The position numbers were made by a program, and so were the translations under genes. This document shows, piece after piece, positions 62,345 through 64,000 of a stretch of 64,000 bases of DNA. Numbering within the stretch: position 1 is the first letter of the stretch; each line of letters begins with the position of its first letter. Source of the stretch: a virus. The notes beneath the pieces were generated by a model. It worked only from the letters and a program-made list of their open reading frames with translations. It did not search any database and had not been told where the DNA came from. The stretch spans positions 1-64,000 of IMG/VR virus record IMGVR_UViG_3300010430_002753; one strand, written 5' to 3'.

Positions 62345-63235
62345 TTATACGGTCATTAAAACTGCATCCATTACTTCATTAGGATCAAAATTTAATTCTT
62401 TATCAAATAAATAATCTTTAATTGTTTGTAATAATTCGTCCTTAATAACTGTAATATTATCTTCTGCTCTTGCAATAGCTGCTGGAGTTATTGCTACTTC
62501 TATATTACGTTCTTCTTTATTGATATTATTAAATTTCTTTTTGACGTCTTGATTATTTAAGATTAGATCTATGTCTGATTTTTTAAATCTATCATATGTT
62601 TTTTTAACAGAAGATTTTAAGTTTGTTAATGAATCAGTATTTAAAACAAAATTTAATGCTTCATCAGATGTTATATCATAATCAATTACATCATCTCTTA
62701 GTAAATCATATAATTCATTTTCTATAGAATCTGTTAAATCTTGAAGTTCATCATTAACTATAGCCTTTTGTGATTTTGATTCAGCTTTAGATAATTTAAT
62801 TTTTAAATTGTGATATTGATTATGAAGTTCTTCTAATTCAGGAAATCTTTGCAATAAAAATAATCCGTAATCAGGCTTATTAATAATTTGATTCGCCTTT
62901 TTTCTTACATCATTTAATTTAAGACCTACTAAAGTTTTATCTTCGTCTTCAGCATACCCTATTAATTCTTCTTGTTGTCCCATTAAAAAATTAGTTAATT
63001 CTTCTGGTAATTGAAATTGTGCTTTTAATTTTTGTTCTCCACCTAAATATTCAATTAAATCATTTACTGTCAATATTTCGAAATCTAAATCTTCTGCATG
63101 TTTTTTTATATTTCCATGAGTTTCACTTCTGTCTTTAACAAAATCTTCTTCATTTACTGATTCTTTGACAAATTCTTTATTTGCATTTTTATAATTACTA
63201 ATTAAATTTTTCATATTTAATTTATCCATTTTCAT
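62345..63235 (-). CDS. acidic helical hypothetical protein
   Basis: 296-aa ORF. Confidence 0.65.
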   Translation of the reverse strand: MKMDKLNMKNLISNYKNANKEFVKESVNEEDFVKDRSETHGNIKKHAEDLDFEILTVNDLIEYLGGEQKLKAQFQLPEELTNFLMGQQEELIGYAEDEDKTLVGLKLNDVRKKANQIINKPDYGLFLLQRFPELEELHNQYHNLKIKLSKAESKSQKAIVNDELQDLTDSIENELYDLLRDDVIDYDITSDEALNFVLNTDSLTNLKSSVKKTYDRFKKSDIDLILNNQDVKKKFNNINKEERNIEVAITPAAIARAEDNITVIKDELLQTIKDYLFDKELNFDPNEVMDAVLMTV

Positions 63236-63253
63236 ATCTCCTATTACTTATAA

Positions 63254-63958
63254 TTATAAATATTTAGATTCTAAAATTTCTATACATTCATCAAATATAT
63301 CTTGTATAATATCTTTATCATTAACAAATCTTAAATCTATGTTTATTATAGTTTTATGACCGCCAGATAAATTTTTTACTAATTCATATACATTACTTTT
63401 TATACTATCTAAAAATTCAATTTCTGATTGTTCTAATTTTGTATATGTTTTATCTAATAATTTAATTAATAAATTTTCACATTGTTCAAATCTATTTCCA
63501 AATGTTTTTTGTATATCTTTATAAGTATCTGGTAAATATATTTTTAAATCGTTATATGTAAAACCAATTGAATTTTCTTTATATCCTTTTGGTGAATCAA
63601 TATTTTGTTCTAATAATTTTTTAACATCATATAAAGATATTGTTTGATCTAATTCTATAAATCTATCTTTATATGAACTAATAATTTTATCTAATACTTC
63701 TTCTATTAAATTATATTTAGGATTAATATTATTATGTTTAAATGGATTATATGATAGACTTATTAATTGAGAAAAATCCCAATAAGTACAAACAAAATTT
63801 GAATCTGGATAATTTATAAACGAACCGTATCTATTATATGAACCCTTATTATAACAATTTGCGACAGTTCCATCTTGCACAACAATGCTATCGTTTAACA
63901 CATAATGTTTTTTTGATTTTTTATAACTATCTACGTAATCTCTTGTATTATCATTCAT
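63254..63958 (-). CDS. hypothetical protein
   Basis: 234-aa ORF. Confidence 0.6.
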   Translation of the reverse strand: MNDNTRDYVDSYKKSKKHYVLNDSIVVQDGTVANCYNKGSYNRYGSFINYPDSNFVCTYWDFSQLISLSYNPFKHNNINPKYNLIEEVLDKIISSYKDRFIELDQTISLYDVKKLLEQNIDSPKGYKENSIGFTYNDLKIYLPDTYKDIQKTFGNRFEQCENLLIKLLDKTYTKLEQSEIEFLDSIKSNVYELVKNLSGGHKTIINIDLRFVNDKDIIQDIFDECIEILESKYL

Positions 63959-64000
63959 TATATTAACAGGGGTTGCCTCAGTGAACTCTATTATGTAATT

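Overview
A very AT-rich 64 kb segment of a large (jumbo-like) dsDNA bacteriophage genome, standard genetic code, with essentially every gene on the minus strand. It holds: (i) long runs of small early-type genes behind about 20 copies of a sigma70-like promoter (TTTTTAG-TTGACA-N16/17-TATATT/TATAAT); (ii) 24 members of an HRxxGPA repeat protein family; (iii) a less AT-rich module of LamG/jelly-roll fibre or decoration-like genes (30.8-38.6 kb); (iv) a tRNA array (38.7-45.3 kb) with 21 tRNAs, two aberrant tRNA-like genes and several interleaved structured non-coding segments; (v) translation, tRNA-repair and metabolic genes (Thg1, CCA-adding enzyme, Pth2-like, YqeY, Pol-beta nucleotidyltransferase, phosphatases, RelA/SpoT-type HD hydrolase, GroEL, PRPP synthetase-like, class II RNR). 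The strongest unexplained signal is a conserved C-terminal peptide, N-I-x-R-N-L-K-L-L-N-K-x-stop, on 25 proteins, four of them otherwise unrelated to the repeat family. Synonymous codon variation suggests selection on the peptide, i.e. a possible phage protein-addressing tag. The second is a ~475-nt multi-helix ncRNA candidate inside the tRNA array. All calls were made by eye, with no database searches or folding software.
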